Below, piece by piece: positions 37,765-48,078 of a stretch of 52,265 nt of DNA. The stretch comes from Armatimonadota bacterium (GTDB lineage Bacteria > Armatimonadota > Fimbriimonadia > Fimbriimonadales > GBS-DC). Under the pieces are notes generated by a model, which was given only the letters and a program-made list of their open reading frames with translations, had not been told where the DNA came from and ran no database searches. The stretch covers positions 1 to 52,265 of the forward strand of contig JAUQOS010000005.1 in the NCBI GenBank assembly GCA_030550775.1, written 5' to 3'. The stretch's first letter is position 1; every line of letters begins with the position of its first letter. A program made the translations under genes and the position numbers.

Positions 37765-38811
37765 ATGTCCAGGCCGACATTGGCGGAGATTGCTCGACGG
37801 GCGGGTTGTTCTGTGAGCGCTGCCTCGAATATTTTGCGCGGGCGAGATACCTTGTACCGTGAGGAGCTGGTGCGGCGGGTGCACGCTATTGCTCAAGAGC
37901 TGGGCTACCAATCGCGACACAAGCAGCGCAAGCTCGCAAAGACGCGCTTAGGCGGGATTGCGCTCATTGTGGACCGATATCAGGCGCCCCCCACGCGCAG
38001 CCCTTTCGCCACCCATGTGATGGATGGCATTCTAACCTACCTGCAAGCCGCTGACTACAGCCTCAAAATCATCTTGCTTGCAGCGTGCCCTACAGAGGCG
38101 CTATGGCAGCAGATTCGGCGCAAGGTTTGTGATGGGGCAATCCTGCTGACCCCAGAGGTCAACTCGCCGTTATTGGAATGGTATCAACACACGCAGCTGC
38201 CTGCGATTGTGGTAGGGGCGACGCTGCCCAATGTGTACGGGTTGTCGTGCGTAGATGTAGATAACGAGAAAGGCATGGAAATGCTCACGCGCTGGGTGAT
38301 TAGTCAGGGGCATACTGAAATCGCGTTTGTGCAGGGAGATTTGCGCCATTGGAGCGCGCACGCCCGCGAACGCGCTTTCCGCAAAGTGCTTGTTGAGCAG
38401 AGGATTCCTACCCGTGAGGAGTGGATATTGCCAGGGGGGTACTCGGTAGAGTCGGGGCGTGACGCGGGGCGCAAGCTGCTCCAGAACGGCTCGCTGCCTT
38501 CGGTGGTGATTTGCAGCAATGACTTGAGCGCGCTGGGTTTGGTGCAAGAGCTGCGTGCGCATAACATCCGAGTGCCGCAAGACATCTCTGTGGCAGGTTT
38601 CGACGATGAGCCGCTGGTGCGCATACAGTTGCCTGAGTTGACCACCGTGCGTAACCCTATGCAGATGATTGGGCAGATGGCTGCGGAACGCCTCTTGCAC
38701 TTTATTGAGCACGGCTTTTCAGAGGCTCCTGAAACGATTTTGTTGCCTCCTGAGCTAGTGGTTCGGGGCAGTGTCCTTCCACGCCACTTGAGGGAAGACG
38801 CGGGATTTTGA
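37765..38811 (+). CDS. LacI family transcriptional regulator
   Basis: TLAEIARRAGCSVSAASNIL, VDVDN, GHTEIAF, NDLSA.G, VPQDISVAGFDD, LTTV; TATAAT at 37725. Confidence 0.93.
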   Translation: MSRPTLAEIARRAGCSVSAASNILRGRDTLYREELVRRVHAIAQELGYQSRHKQRKLAKTRLGGIALIVDRYQAPPTRSPFATHVMDGILTYLQAADYSLKIILLAACPTEALWQQIRRKVCDGAILLTPEVNSPLLEWYQHTQLPAIVVGATLPNVYGLSCVDVDNEKGMEMLTRWVISQGHTEIAFVQGDLRHWSAHARERAFRKVLVEQRIPTREEWILPGGYSVESGRDAGRKLLQNGSLPSVVICSNDLSALGLVQELRAHNIRVPQDISVAGFDDEPLVRIQLPELTTVRNPMQMIGQMAAERLLHFIEHGFSEAPETILLPPELVVRGSVLPRHLREDAGF

Positions 38812-38843
38812 GGAAGACCTATGGGCGTTGGTTCGGGTTGTGT

Positions 38844-39707
38844 TTAGCAAGAGGCGAGGGCGTAGGCAATCTGCCCCGCGAGGTGAGCGTTCGCCTCCAG
38901 CAGGGCGAGGTTGAGTGCAACGGTGCGTCCGTCGCTGAGTTCGGCGAGGCGTTTGAGCAGCCACGGGGTGGTCGCGCCGCCGTGGATGCCCGCTTCGGTA
39001 CTTTCGCGCAAGGCTTGCTGGAGCATCGCATCTATTTCGGTGCGATCAAGCGCATATGCGGCGGGCGGGGGCTGTACGACCAGCATCGCGGTGCCCAACG
39101 ATTGGTGGGTACGCCACAGGGCAAGGAGGGCGTCTACATCGTAGACGGTAACATCCACCCGCAGCCCAGTGTGGGCGGTGTAAAAACCAGGCAGCTCATC
39201 CGTTTGGTAGCCCACGATGGGCACGCCGTAGGTTTCCAGCCACTCGCGCGTGGCGGGCAGATCCAAAATCACCTTCGCGCCCGAGCAGACCACCAGCATT
39301 GGTGTACGGGCTAAAGTGGGCAGGTCGCTGCTGATGTCGCGCCCGTCGCGGTGGATTCCTCCGATGCCCCCCGTCGCCATTACGCACAGCCCTGCCTGAT
39401 GCGCCAGATATATGGTGGCTGAAACGGTGGTGCCCCCTGTCCAGCGCATTGCCGTCGCGATGCCGAGGTTATGCAAGGCGACTTTGGCGGGGGCTGGGTA
39501 GTGGGCTAAGGTGTGCAGCTCCACCTCCGTGATGCCCACACGCGGGGTACCGTCCAGCAACGCCACGATGTATGGGGTTGCCCCTGCCGATTGCACCGCC
39601 GCTTGCATTTGGTGCGCGGCGTGCAAGTTGTAAGGTGCAGGCAGTCCGTGAGTGATGACCGCCGATTCCAACGCCACACGCGCGGAGTCTGCTAAATAGG
39701 GCTTCAC
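38844..39707 (-). CDS. psuG: Pseudouridine-5'-phosphate glycosidase
   Basis: VALESAVITHGLP.P.N, GGTTVSAT, ATGGIGGIHR, DISSDL, SGAK.ILD, TPWLL. Confidence 0.9.
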   Translation of the reverse strand: MKPYLADSARVALESAVITHGLPAPYNLHAAHQMQAAVQSAGATPYIVALLDGTPRVGITEVELHTLAHYPAPAKVALHNLGIATAMRWTGGTTVSATIYLAHQAGLCVMATGGIGGIHRDGRDISSDLPTLARTPMLVVCSGAKVILDLPATREWLETYGVPIVGYQTDELPGFYTAHTGLRVDVTVYDVDALLALWRTHQSLGTAMLVVQPPPAAYALDRTEIDAMLQQALRESTEAGIHGGATTPWLLKRLAELSDGRTVALNLALLEANAHLAGQIAYALASC

Positions 39708-39713
39708 GGCTGC

Positions 39714-40298
39714 CTAACGGCATACTTCGACGGCGTGCATTTCCACCAGCGGGCAGTTCGGGTCGGCTTCCGTGCCGCAGTGGAGGCATACATCGGGGGC
39801 TTTCAGCGTACCGACCTCCACACCTGCGCGGATGAAGGCGCTCAGCCCGTTGATAAACGCGTGTCGCTCGGCGTGATCCATCTGGGCCAAAATCGCGGCA
39901 AAGCGGTGGCGTCGCTCTTGGTCGACACGCTGGATAAGTTCGCGCCCCGCATCGGTAAGCATCAGCCCCACTTGGCGACGATCGCGCGGGTTCGCCACGC
40001 GCCGAATCAGCCCCTTGCGCTCTAAGCGGTGCACCATGTTCGTCGCCGACGGATAGGAGATGTTCAATCCTTCCGCCAAATCGCCCACCGTGACGCGCTT
40101 GTGCGTGTATAGGTAGCGCAACGCCTGCATCTGCGAGTAGGTTAAGTCTGACTCCGCTAACTCTTCCAACAGCTTCTCGCCGATGGAAGTGTACATCGCT
40201 TGCAGGAACACGCGCGCGACCAGCTCCGCATGGTTGAGCAACTCGTCGGTTAGCGCGATCGGCAATTTGACTATGTCCTTCACCAATCTCACCTGCAT
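39714..40298 (-). CDS. MarR family regulator with C-terminal Cys cluster
   Basis: LTYSQ..AL, VGDLA..L.ISYPSAT.MV.RLE.KGLIRR..NPRDRR...LT..G; tail CLHC-x7-C-x10-C. Confidence 0.88.
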   Translation of the reverse strand: MQVRLVKDIVKLPIALTDELLNHAELVARVFLQAMYTSIGEKLLEELAESDLTYSQMQALRYLYTHKRVTVGDLAEGLNISYPSATNMVHRLERKGLIRRVANPRDRRQVGLMLTDAGRELIQRVDQERRHRFAAILAQMDHAERHAFINGLSAFIRAGVEVGTLKAPDVCLHCGTEADPNCPLVEMHAVEVCR

Positions 40299-40325
40299 TA
40301 AGGATACCTCAAAAGTATAGCGTGG

Positions 40326-41066
40326 CTAAATATTGGCGGTGCGCATCGCCTCCAAGTAGGCGGCGATGACGCTCTGAGCGTCGCCGTCGGCGCGGAGCAC
40401 GCCCTTATCCAGCCACAGCACGCGCTTGGCGACTTGCTGAATGGCGTCCATATCGTGCGACACGAACAAGATGGTGCGTCCTTCGCGCTGGAACTCGGCG
40501 ATTTTGTCGTAGCATTTCTGTTGGAAGCGAGCGTCGCCCACTGCCAACACCTCGTCTACCAGCAAGATGTCGGCGTCCACATGCACGGCGATTGCGAAGC
40601 CCAAGCGCATTAGCATGCCGGAGGAGTAGGTGCGGATGGGAGCATCAATATAGCCCTCCAGCTCGGCGAACCGAATGATGGCGTCCAGCCGTTCGGCGAC
40701 TTGTTTGCGCGTCAGCCCCAAGATGACGCCGTTGAAGTAAATGTTTTCCAGCCCTGTGAGGTCGGGGTGGAAGCCTGCGCCGAGTTCCAGCAGGGGTGCC
40801 ACCCGCCCGTGGACTTCGAGGGTGCCTGAGGTAGGCTTGTACACGCGGGCGATGATGCCCAGCAGCGTGCTCTTACCCGAACCGTTTTGCCCGATGATGC
40901 CCACGGTTTCGCCCTTGTGGACGGTGAAGCTTACTTCGCGCAGGGCGACCAGTCGCTCAATGCGTCGGGGCAGGAACGATAGCAGCAGCCCTTTGAGCGA
41001 GGCATAGGCGTGGTGTGCCAGTTTGAACTCTTTGGTAAGTTTGTCGGCGCGGATGGCGACGGGCAT
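40326..41066 (-). CDS. Polysaccharide ABC exporter ATP-binding subunit (Wzt/TagH-like)
   Basis: GQNGSGKST, LELGAGFHPDLTG.EN, YSSGM..RLGF, VDEVLAVGD..FQ.KC, VSH. Confidence 0.92.
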   Translation of the reverse strand: MPVAIRADKLTKEFKLAHHAYASLKGLLLSFLPRRIERLVALREVSFTVHKGETVGIIGQNGSGKSTLLGIIARVYKPTSGTLEVHGRVAPLLELGAGFHPDLTGLENIYFNGVILGLTRKQVAERLDAIIRFAELEGYIDAPIRTYSSGMLMRLGFAIAVHVDADILLVDEVLAVGDARFQQKCYDKIAEFQREGRTILFVSHDMDAIQQVAKRVLWLDKGVLRADGDAQSVIAAYLEAMRTANI

Positions 41067-41088
41067 AAGCGTGCCCGTCGCCGCAGGG

Positions 41089-42600
41089 TTAGAAGTCGGG
41101 ACCACGCCCGCCGCCTCCTCCGCCGTGTCCACCCGGCGTACCCGGTTGCTGCGGTTGTTGCGGTCGGGCGGGACCGCGGCGCAGGCTGTTGTCAATGTAA
41201 ATTGCCCAAGTGTGGCGCACCGTGTTGCCTGCCCAGTCGGAGGCGACGATAGTCATGGTGTGGCGTCCGTCGGGCAAGGGCTTGGCAGCGGTGCCCGCGC
41301 GCAGACGCACAGTCAACTCGCCCAGCGAGGGTTCGTATTCCACAGGCAGTGGCTCATCGTTCAGTAGCCACTGCACTGTGTCGGGGTTGACGCCGCTGCC
41401 GTCATCGCGAATGCGCGCGGTGAAGTCCAGCGGCAGCTGCCCCGATAGCATCTCACCCACGCTTGGCGTGGTGCGCAGCACCTGCGGTGGGATGCGATCC
41501 ACCCAACCGTATCGGAACGCTGTAAGGTTGCCCTCAGCCGTGGCAATCACAAAGCCGTTGGGTACAAACACCAGCTTGCCCGAAATCGCCAAGTAGGCGA
41601 TGCGTCGGTTGTTGGCATCCACCGTGCCCTCCGGTGGGCGCAGGGTATACAGCCACTCCAGCTTGCCCTCCGGCAGAGTGTAGCATAGCAGCGTGCCGCG
41701 TCGCGTGGCCACCCACAGCTTGCTGTCGTGAATTTGGGGCGCGGTGAGCGGCTCGTAGCGCAGTTCAATCGGTTCGCGGTCGCCTGCCACAATCTTGCCC
41801 ATGTGGTCGAACACAAACACGCGGTTCTCGCGCGTGAGAACCACCACATAGTTCTCGTCCGCTGCGGGCGCCAGACGGAACTCGGTATTGAAGCGACGGC
41901 TCCAGCGCACCGCGCCGCTGGCGGGGTTGAGCGCAATCACCACATCGTTGGAAGTTACATAGAGGCTGTTGTTTGCCAGCACGGGCTGCGGGTCGTAGTT
42001 AGGTGCAGGTAGGCGGAACACCCAGCGGCGCCGTCCGCCCGCGGTGCTGATGGCGTGGACCAGCCCGCCGTTTGTGCCGAAAAAGAGCGTCTCGCCGTCA
42101 GTGACAAGTTGCCCCGTGATGTAGTCGTCGGCGCGGTAGGGTTCGCGCCACAGCGGTTCGCCGTTGCGGGCGTTGAGCGCATACACCTCGCCGCGCCCAG
42201 TGCCCACATACAGCACGCCTTCGCGCAGCACGGGGCGTGCCGTGGGCGCACTATCGGCAGTGAACACCCAGCGCAGGCTGCCCGTCTGCGCATCCAACGC
42301 TAACACATTGCCGTTGCTGGCGCCAATGTAGACCAGCCCTTCGCCCTCTACAGGTTGCCCCAAAATCGTGGTGTTGAGCGGCGCATCCGCTGGATATTGC
42401 CACTTGAGCGTACCATCTTCCATATCCACCGCATAGAGGCGGTTGAGGCACGGGTAGTAAATCGTCTGCTTGCCCACGCCGGGCAGCGCGGGGTTGTTAG
42501 GCGCAGGGTTGCCGAAGAACCGCCACAAGGCGGCAGGAGTTTGTGCCTCCAAGACTGCCCATAGCGTGCCCGCTAACAGAACTCCAAGCCAAGTACGCAT
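41089..42600 (-). CDS. Secreted PQQ-like (BamB-type) beta-propeller protein with C-terminal Ig-like domain
   Basis: Signal peptide; repeated ALDAQTG..RW motifs; DDGSGV..DGRHT..ASDWAGN. Confidence 0.85.
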   Translation of the reverse strand: MRTWLGVLLAGTLWAVLEAQTPAALWRFFGNPAPNNPALPGVGKQTIYYPCLNRLYAVDMEDGTLKWQYPADAPLNTTILGQPVEGEGLVYIGASNGNVLALDAQTGSLRWVFTADSAPTARPVLREGVLYVGTGRGEVYALNARNGEPLWREPYRADDYITGQLVTDGETLFFGTNGGLVHAISTAGGRRRWVFRLPAPNYDPQPVLANNSLYVTSNDVVIALNPASGAVRWSRRFNTEFRLAPAADENYVVVLTRENRVFVFDHMGKIVAGDREPIELRYEPLTAPQIHDSKLWVATRRGTLLCYTLPEGKLEWLYTLRPPEGTVDANNRRIAYLAISGKLVFVPNGFVIATAEGNLTAFRYGWVDRIPPQVLRTTPSVGEMLSGQLPLDFTARIRDDGSGVNPDTVQWLLNDEPLPVEYEPSLGELTVRLRAGTAAKPLPDGRHTMTIVASDWAGNTVRHTWAIYIDNSLRRGPARPQQPQQPGTPGGHGGGGGGRGPDF

Positions 42601-42729
42601 AGCAACCTCCCTGTTGATTAGACGCGCGGCGACAAACTGCCTTCGCCCAAAGTATACCCAGCGGTGGATGTTGGAGCGCGCGTGCCTTCGCCAGCCAGAA
42701 ACCCATCGCGGGGTATCCTTCTACTTGCT

Positions 42730-44082
42730 ATGTTCGAGAGCCTGACCGACAAGCTGCAGGGCATTTTCGAGCGCATTCGGGGCAAGGGGCGTTTGGATGA
42801 AAAGACCGTAGACGAAGTGCTGCGCGAAATTCGGCTCGCCCTGCTGGAAGCCGACGTGAATTTCCGCGTGGTGAAAGAGTTCATCGCGCGGGTGCGCGAG
42901 AAAGCAATCGGTGAGGAAGTGCTCAAAAGCCTTACGCCTGACCAGCAAGTTATTCGCATCGTGCGCGATGAGCTGATTGCGCTGCTGGGGGGTGAGGCGG
43001 AGCCGATTCGCTGGGCGACACGCCCGCCAACGGTGCTTATGCTCTGCGGTTTGCAAGGCTCAGGCAAAACCACCACCTGCGCTAAGCTTGCCCGTTGGGT
43101 GAAATCGCAAGGGCGCAACCCGCTTTTGGTAGCGTGCGACCTCCAACGCCCCGCCGCTGTCAAACAGCTGGAGGTGCTAGGACAGCAGGTGGGCATCCCT
43201 GTGTTCACTCCGCAGCAAGGGGGCACCAACGACCCCGTCAGCACGGCACAAAAAGCCTTCGAGTTTGCCCGCACCAACGGCTATGATGTGCTCGTGGTAG
43301 ACACTGCTGGGCGACTGCAAGTGGATGAGCCCCTGATGCAAGAGCTGGAGCGGATGCACACTGTGTTGCAACCTCAAGAAGTGCTGCTCGTGGTAGACGC
43401 TACCACTGGTCAAGAGGCGGTGAATGTCGCCCAAGCGTTTCACGAGCGTCTTGCACTTACGGGCATCATCATAAGCAAAATGGATGGCGATGCGCGCGGT
43501 GGGGCAGCGCTTTCCGTAAAGGCAGTGGTGGGCAAACCCGTGCGCTTCATCGGTACGGGCGAACGCCCCGACGCCTTAGAACCATTCTACCCCGACCGCA
43601 TCGCCAGCCGAATCTTGGGCATGGGCGATGTGCTTTCGCTCATCGAGCGCGTGGAGCAGACCCTCCAAGAAGAGGAAGCCAAACGCCTCGAGAAAAAGAT
43701 GCGCGAAGCCAGCTTCGACTTTGAAGATATGCTGGCCCAAATCCGCCAAATCCAGCGCATGGGACCGTTCGAGCAGCTGCTCAAGATGCTGCCCGGGTTT
43801 AGCCAGATCAAGCAGCAACTGGGCGATATGCCTATTGACGATCGCGCGCTCAAACGCACCGAAGCGATTATCCTCTCGATGACGCCGCAGGAGCGTCGCC
43901 ATCCTGAGATCATCAACTACAGCCGAAAGGTGCGCATCGCCAAAGGCAGCGGCACCAAGTTGGAGGAGGTTTCCGCGCTGGTGAACCAGTTGTTTGAGAT
44001 GCGCAAGATGATGAAGCAAATGACCAAGCTGCAACAGCAGTTGCGAAAGCGCAAGTGGTCGCCGTTTGGCAGGCGGCGATAG
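42730..44082 (+). CDS. ffh: Signal recognition particle protein
   Basis: MFESLTDKL, ALLEADV, GLQGSGKTT, DTAGR, KMDGDARGGAALS, RILGMGD, SMT..ER. Confidence 0.97.
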   Translation: MFESLTDKLQGIFERIRGKGRLDEKTVDEVLREIRLALLEADVNFRVVKEFIARVREKAIGEEVLKSLTPDQQVIRIVRDELIALLGGEAEPIRWATRPPTVLMLCGLQGSGKTTTCAKLARWVKSQGRNPLLVACDLQRPAAVKQLEVLGQQVGIPVFTPQQGGTNDPVSTAQKAFEFARTNGYDVLVVDTAGRLQVDEPLMQELERMHTVLQPQEVLLVVDATTGQEAVNVAQAFHERLALTGIIISKMDGDARGGAALSVKAVVGKPVRFIGTGERPDALEPFYPDRIASRILGMGDVLSLIERVEQTLQEEEAKRLEKKMREASFDFEDMLAQIRQIQRMGPFEQLLKMLPGFSQIKQQLGDMPIDDRALKRTEAIILSMTPQERRHPEIINYSRKVRIAKGSGTKLEEVSALVNQLFEMRKMMKQMTKLQQQLRKRKWSPFGRRR

Positions 44083-44095
44083 GCATGGCTATTGG

Positions 44096-44962
44096 TTAGC
44101 CCTTGAGTGCCTCCGCGCCGCCCACCACTTCGGCAATCTCTTTGGTGATTGTCGCTTGGCGAATGCGGTTCATAATCAGGGTTAGCTCCTGAATCATCTT
44201 GCCAGCGTTGTCGCTTGCCATCGACATGGCGGTCATGCGCGCGCCGTGCTCGCTGGCGCTTGCCTCCAGCAGTGCTTGCAGCACCTCCGTGAGCAGGTAG
44301 CGCGGCAGCAAGCGTTGCAGCAGCTCCTCCGCCGACGGCTCGAAGATGAAGTCGTATTTTGGTTCGCCGTCTGCGCCTGCGGGTGGCTCAATCGGCAGCA
44401 ACGGCAGCACGGTCGGTCGCTGCGTGACGGGGTTGATGAACTGCGCGTAAATCAGATACACGCGGTCAACTTCGCCGCTGACGAAGGCTTGCTCCACCGC
44501 GTTGGCGACCGCGCGCGCATCTTCCAGCCCTGCGCCTGAAGTGGGCATTGAGCGGTAAAGGGCAATCGGGTAGCCCCGCTTGCTGAAGAACTGATAGCCC
44601 CGCCGCCCTACGCAGAACAGGCGCACTTGCTCGGGCGTGAGGTTGAAGTTGCGCATCGTGTTCTGCAGGGTGCGAATGAGGTTCATGTTGTACGCGCCGC
44701 ACAAGCCGCGGTCGGAGGTCGCCAGCACGAAGCCATAGGTGCGTGCCTCGCGCTGCTGCAGCAAGGGGTGTTCTGGCAGTTCGCCGGCGCGCCCCAGCTC
44801 TTGCAGCACTTCGTGCATGCGTTGGGCGTAGGGGCGCGCTGCCAGCACGCGGTCTTGTGCGCGGCGCAGGCGTGCTGCCGACACCAGCTTCATCGCCCGC
44901 GTGATTTGCTGAATGTTTTTCGCGGCGCGGATCCGCGCCCGCATCGCGCGTAGCGTTTTCAT
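44096..44962 (-). CDS. atpG: ATP synthase gamma subunit
   Basis: [38 protein letters not shown]. Confidence 0.97.
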   Translation of the reverse strand: MKTLRAMRARIRAAKNIQQITRAMKLVSAARLRRAQDRVLAARPYAQRMHEVLQELGRAGELPEHPLLQQREARTYGFVLATSDRGLCGAYNMNLIRTLQNTMRNFNLTPEQVRLFCVGRRGYQFFSKRGYPIALYRSMPTSGAGLEDARAVANAVEQAFVSGEVDRVYLIYAQFINPVTQRPTVLPLLPIEPPAGADGEPKYDFIFEPSAEELLQRLLPRYLLTEVLQALLEASASEHGARMTAMSMASDNAGKMIQELTLIMNRIRQATITKEIAEVVGGAEALKG

Positions 44963-46503
44963 GCCAGCCCGTGCTCCTCAACGAATTTGCGCTTGTACTC
45001 TTCAATCGCTTGGCGCAGGGTGCGCTCGGTGTCTTCGTCGAGTTTCTTCTCGCGGCGGATTTTCTCGCCAAGCTCGGGGTAGCGCTCGCGCATAAACGGA
45101 TGGAAGCCGTCCTCAAACGCGCGCACCTTTTCAACGGGGATGTCGTCGAGGTAGCCCTGCGTGCCTGCGAAGATAATCATTACTTGCTGCTCGACGGGCA
45201 TTGGCTGGAACTGCGGCTGCTTGAGGATCTCCTGCAGGCGCAAGCCGCGCGCCAGCTGCAGCTGCGTGGCGCGATCCAAGTCGGAAGCGAACTGCGCAAA
45301 TGCCTGCACCTCGCGGAACTGCGCCATATCCAAGCGCAGGCGCCCTGCCACTTGCTTCATCGCGCGGATTTGCGCGTCGCCACCGACGCGGCTTACCGAG
45401 ATACCCACGTTAATCGCGGGGCGGATACCAGCATAGAACAGGCTCGGCTCCAGATAAATCTGCCCGTCGGTGATTGAAATCACGTTCGTGGGGATGTACG
45501 CCGACACATCGCCCGCTTGAGTTTCGATGATGGGCAGTGCGGTCAGCGAGCCGCCGCCATATTCGTCGGACATTTTGGCAGCGCGCTCCAGCAGGCGCGA
45601 GTGCAGGTAGAACACATCGCCCGGGTACGCCTCACGCCCAGGCGGGCGACGCAGCAGCAGCGACACGGCGCGGTATGCCTGCGCGTGCTTAGACAGGTCG
45701 TCGTAGACCACCAGAGCGTCCATGCCGTTATCGCGGAAGTACTCGCCCATCGCGCAGCCTGCGTAAGGCGCGAGGTACTGCAAGCTGTTCGGGTCGCTGG
45801 CAGACGCCACGACAACGGTGGTGTATTCCATCGCGCCGTAGCGCTCCAGCGTGTCGATGAAGCGGGCAATCGCCGCCATCTTTTGCCCGATGGCGACATA
45901 GATACAATACACGGGCTTCTCATCGGGCGACTCGTGGGTGTATTTTTGGTTGATGATGGTGTCGAGCACGATGGCGGTTTTGCCGGTGGAGCGGTCGCCG
46001 ATGATGAGCTCGCGCTGCCCGCGCCCGATGGGGATCATTGCGTCGATGGCTTTGATGCCCGTTTGCAGGGGTTGCTTGACGGGCTGGCGCGTGATAACGC
46101 CTGGGGCAATCACTTCCACGCGCCGATACTCTTCGGCAACGATGGGTCCTTTGCCGTCAAGCGGGCGTCCGAGTGCGTCCACCACGCGCCCCAAGAGTGC
46201 CTTACCAACGGGCACCTCGATAATGCGCCCTGTGCGCTTGACAGGGTCGCCTTCCTTGAGTTCCTCGTCGGAACCTAAAATGATGGCACCGATACTGTCT
46301 TCCTCAAGGTTTAGCACCATGCCCATCACGCCGTGGGGGAACTCCAGCAGTTCGCCCATCATGGCGTCGGGCAGCCCGTACACGCGGGCGATACCGTCGC
46401 CCACTTGCAAAATCGTGCCCACGCTTTCGGAAACGGGCGCACCGTCGACCGCTTCCAGTTCTTGCGCTAAGATTTTGGTAATTTCTTCGGGTCGGATTGC
46501 CAT
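44959..46503 (-). CDS. atpA: ATP synthase alpha subunit
   Basis: [50 protein letters not shown]. Confidence 0.98.
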   Translation of the reverse strand: MAIRPEEITKILAQELEAVDGAPVSESVGTILQVGDGIARVYGLPDAMMGELLEFPHGVMGMVLNLEEDSIGAIILGSDEELKEGDPVKRTGRIIEVPVGKALLGRVVDALGRPLDGKGPIVAEEYRRVEVIAPGVITRQPVKQPLQTGIKAIDAMIPIGRGQRELIIGDRSTGKTAIVLDTIINQKYTHESPDEKPVYCIYVAIGQKMAAIARFIDTLERYGAMEYTTVVVASASDPNSLQYLAPYAGCAMGEYFRDNGMDALVVYDDLSKHAQAYRAVSLLLRRPPGREAYPGDVFYLHSRLLERAAKMSDEYGGGSLTALPIIETQAGDVSAYIPTNVISITDGQIYLEPSLFYAGIRPAINVGISVSRVGGDAQIRAMKQVAGRLRLDMAQFREVQAFAQFASDLDRATQLQLARGLRLQEILKQPQFQPMPVEQQVMIIFAGTQGYLDDIPVEKVRAFEDGFHPFMRERYPELGEKIRREKKLDEDTERTLRQAIEEYKRKFVEEHGLA

Positions 46504-46519
46504 CGTTGTTCACCTCGCT

Positions 46520-47095
46520 TCATTCGGTTGGGGTGGGGCGCACGACGCGCCGCTCGATTTCTAAGGCGATGCTCTCGCGCAGGCGATCGAGCGCACCGCG
46601 CAGCGAGCCATCAATTTGGTAATCGCCAATACGGATACGCACGCCGCCAATCAGCGACGGGTCCACTTTAAACATGGGCAAGATTTTTTTGCCACTGGTT
46701 TGCTCCAGCTTTTGGATCAGTGCGGTTTGTTGCGCTTCGTCCAGTGGCACGGCGCTGGTGATGATGGCGCGCTCCACCTGGAGGTGCGCCTCTTTGAGCC
46801 GTTCAAACTCGTCGCAGATGGCTTCAAACAGGTTTTCGCGCCGCTTTTCGACAAGTAGTTCTAGCAGGCGCATTACAAATGGCAGGATGCGGTCTTTGAG
46901 GATGCGGCGCAGGCGCATTGCCTTATAGTCGCGCGGCACCAGTGGGCTGTAGAAGAAGCGGCGCAGCTCTTCGGAGGCGCGCATGAGCGTGCGCAGGCTT
47001 GCAAGTTCCTCCGAAGTTTGCTCCAGCTGCCCGTGTTTGAGGGCGACCTCGAACAGGGCGCGAGCGTAGCGACGCGCGACGCGCAGGTCTACCAT
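46520..47095 (-). CDS. atpH: ATP synthase delta subunit
   Basis: VARRYARALF, TSAVPL, VDPSLIGG..IG...IDGS. Confidence 0.95.
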   Translation of the reverse strand: MVDLRVARRYARALFEVALKHGQLEQTSEELASLRTLMRASEELRRFFYSPLVPRDYKAMRLRRILKDRILPFVMRLLELLVEKRRENLFEAICDEFERLKEAHLQVERAIITSAVPLDEAQQTALIQKLEQTSGKKILPMFKVDPSLIGGVRIRIGDYQIDGSLRGALDRLRESIALEIERRVVRPTPTE

Positions 47096-47096
47096 T

Positions 47097-47654
47097 TTAG
47101 CGCACCTCCACCGCTTGGATGAACTCTTCCACCAGTCGCCGATGGCGTTCGTCGGTGAGTTCTTCGCGCAGCAGGCGTTCAGTGGTGCGCAGCGTTAAAT
47201 CGGCGACATAGGTTTGCAGTTCGCGGCGCAGTTTTTCGCCTTCTAATTGGGCTTGTTCGCGCGCGCGTGCCACAATTTCTTCTGCTTGGCGACGCGCATC
47301 GGCAATAATCTGGTCGCGCAGCTGCTGCGCTTCGCCCACGGCTTGTTGAATGCGCTCGCGAGCTTCCGCTTCAATTTGCGCCAGACGCGCCTCATACTCG
47401 CTGCGCAGCTGCTCCATCGCGCGGCGGTCGGCTTCCAGCTTGTCATAGGTAGCGTTGATATCTTGCCGACGCGACTCCAACATCGCTTCAATCGGCTTCC
47501 AGAAGAACTTGGTCATCACCCACAGCAGCAGCAGGAAGCCGACAATCTGAATAATCAAAATGTTGAAGTCGATGCCAAGCAATTCCAGGAGCCCACCGCC
47601 TTTCCCTTCCGCTGCTGCAATTAGGCTCGACAGATACCCGTATAGGCTTTGCAT
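47097..47654 (-). CDS. atpF: ATP synthase b subunit
   Basis: Single TM (QIVGFLLLLWVM..FFWKPI) followed by a coiled coil; operon position. Confidence 0.95.
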   Translation of the reverse strand: MQSLYGYLSSLIAAAEGKGGGLLELLGIDFNILIIQIVGFLLLLWVMTKFFWKPIEAMLESRRQDINATYDKLEADRRAMEQLRSEYEARLAQIEAEARERIQQAVGEAQQLRDQIIADARRQAEEIVARAREQAQLEGEKLRRELQTYVADLTLRTTERLLREELTDERHRRLVEEFIQAVEVR

Positions 47655-47670
47655 CCTGTAAAACCTCCTG

Positions 47671-47694
47671 CGGGGGCAGGCGACGCTGCCCCCG
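47671..47694 (-). other. GC-rich hairpin between atpE and atpF (possible mRNA stabiliser)
   Basis: CGGGGGCAG-N6-CTGCCCCCG immediately 3' of the atpE stop. Confidence 0.5.
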
Positions 47695-47699
47695 ACACC

Positions 47700-47963
47700 T
47701 TATTGACCGCCCACAGTGGGCAGGCGACCCTGCAGCAGGAAGAAAATAACAAACGAGAACAGCACGAGCGACTCGATAAACGCCAGTGCCAAAATCATGC
47801 CCGTTTGAATGCGCCCTGCCAACTCAGGCTGGCGCGCCATGCCTTCCATTGCACCTGCCGCAGCACGCCCTTGCCCAAGCGCTGCGCCAATCACAGCAAT
47901 CGGCAAGCCCAAACCAGTGGCTATCGCTAAGCCCATCAGATACAGACCTGTTCCTAATTCCAT
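47700..47963 (-). CDS. atpE: ATP synthase c subunit
   Basis: GAALGQG, ARQPE, AFIES; AAGGAGG SD before the ATG at 47963. Confidence 0.96.
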   Translation of the reverse strand: MELGTGLYLMGLAIATGLGLPIAVIGAALGQGRAAAGAMEGMARQPELAGRIQTGMILALAFIESLVLFSFVIFFLLQGRLPTVGGQ

Positions 47964-48078
47964 CGCTTGATCCTCCTTGTGCTGTAGTTCACTCCGCATC
48001 TCCGTGCAGAGTCTCTCCTCTCCGACAGAGAGGAAACCTCTCCGTTACCTTCGCTTGTGCTCCACGAACAGAACTTCC

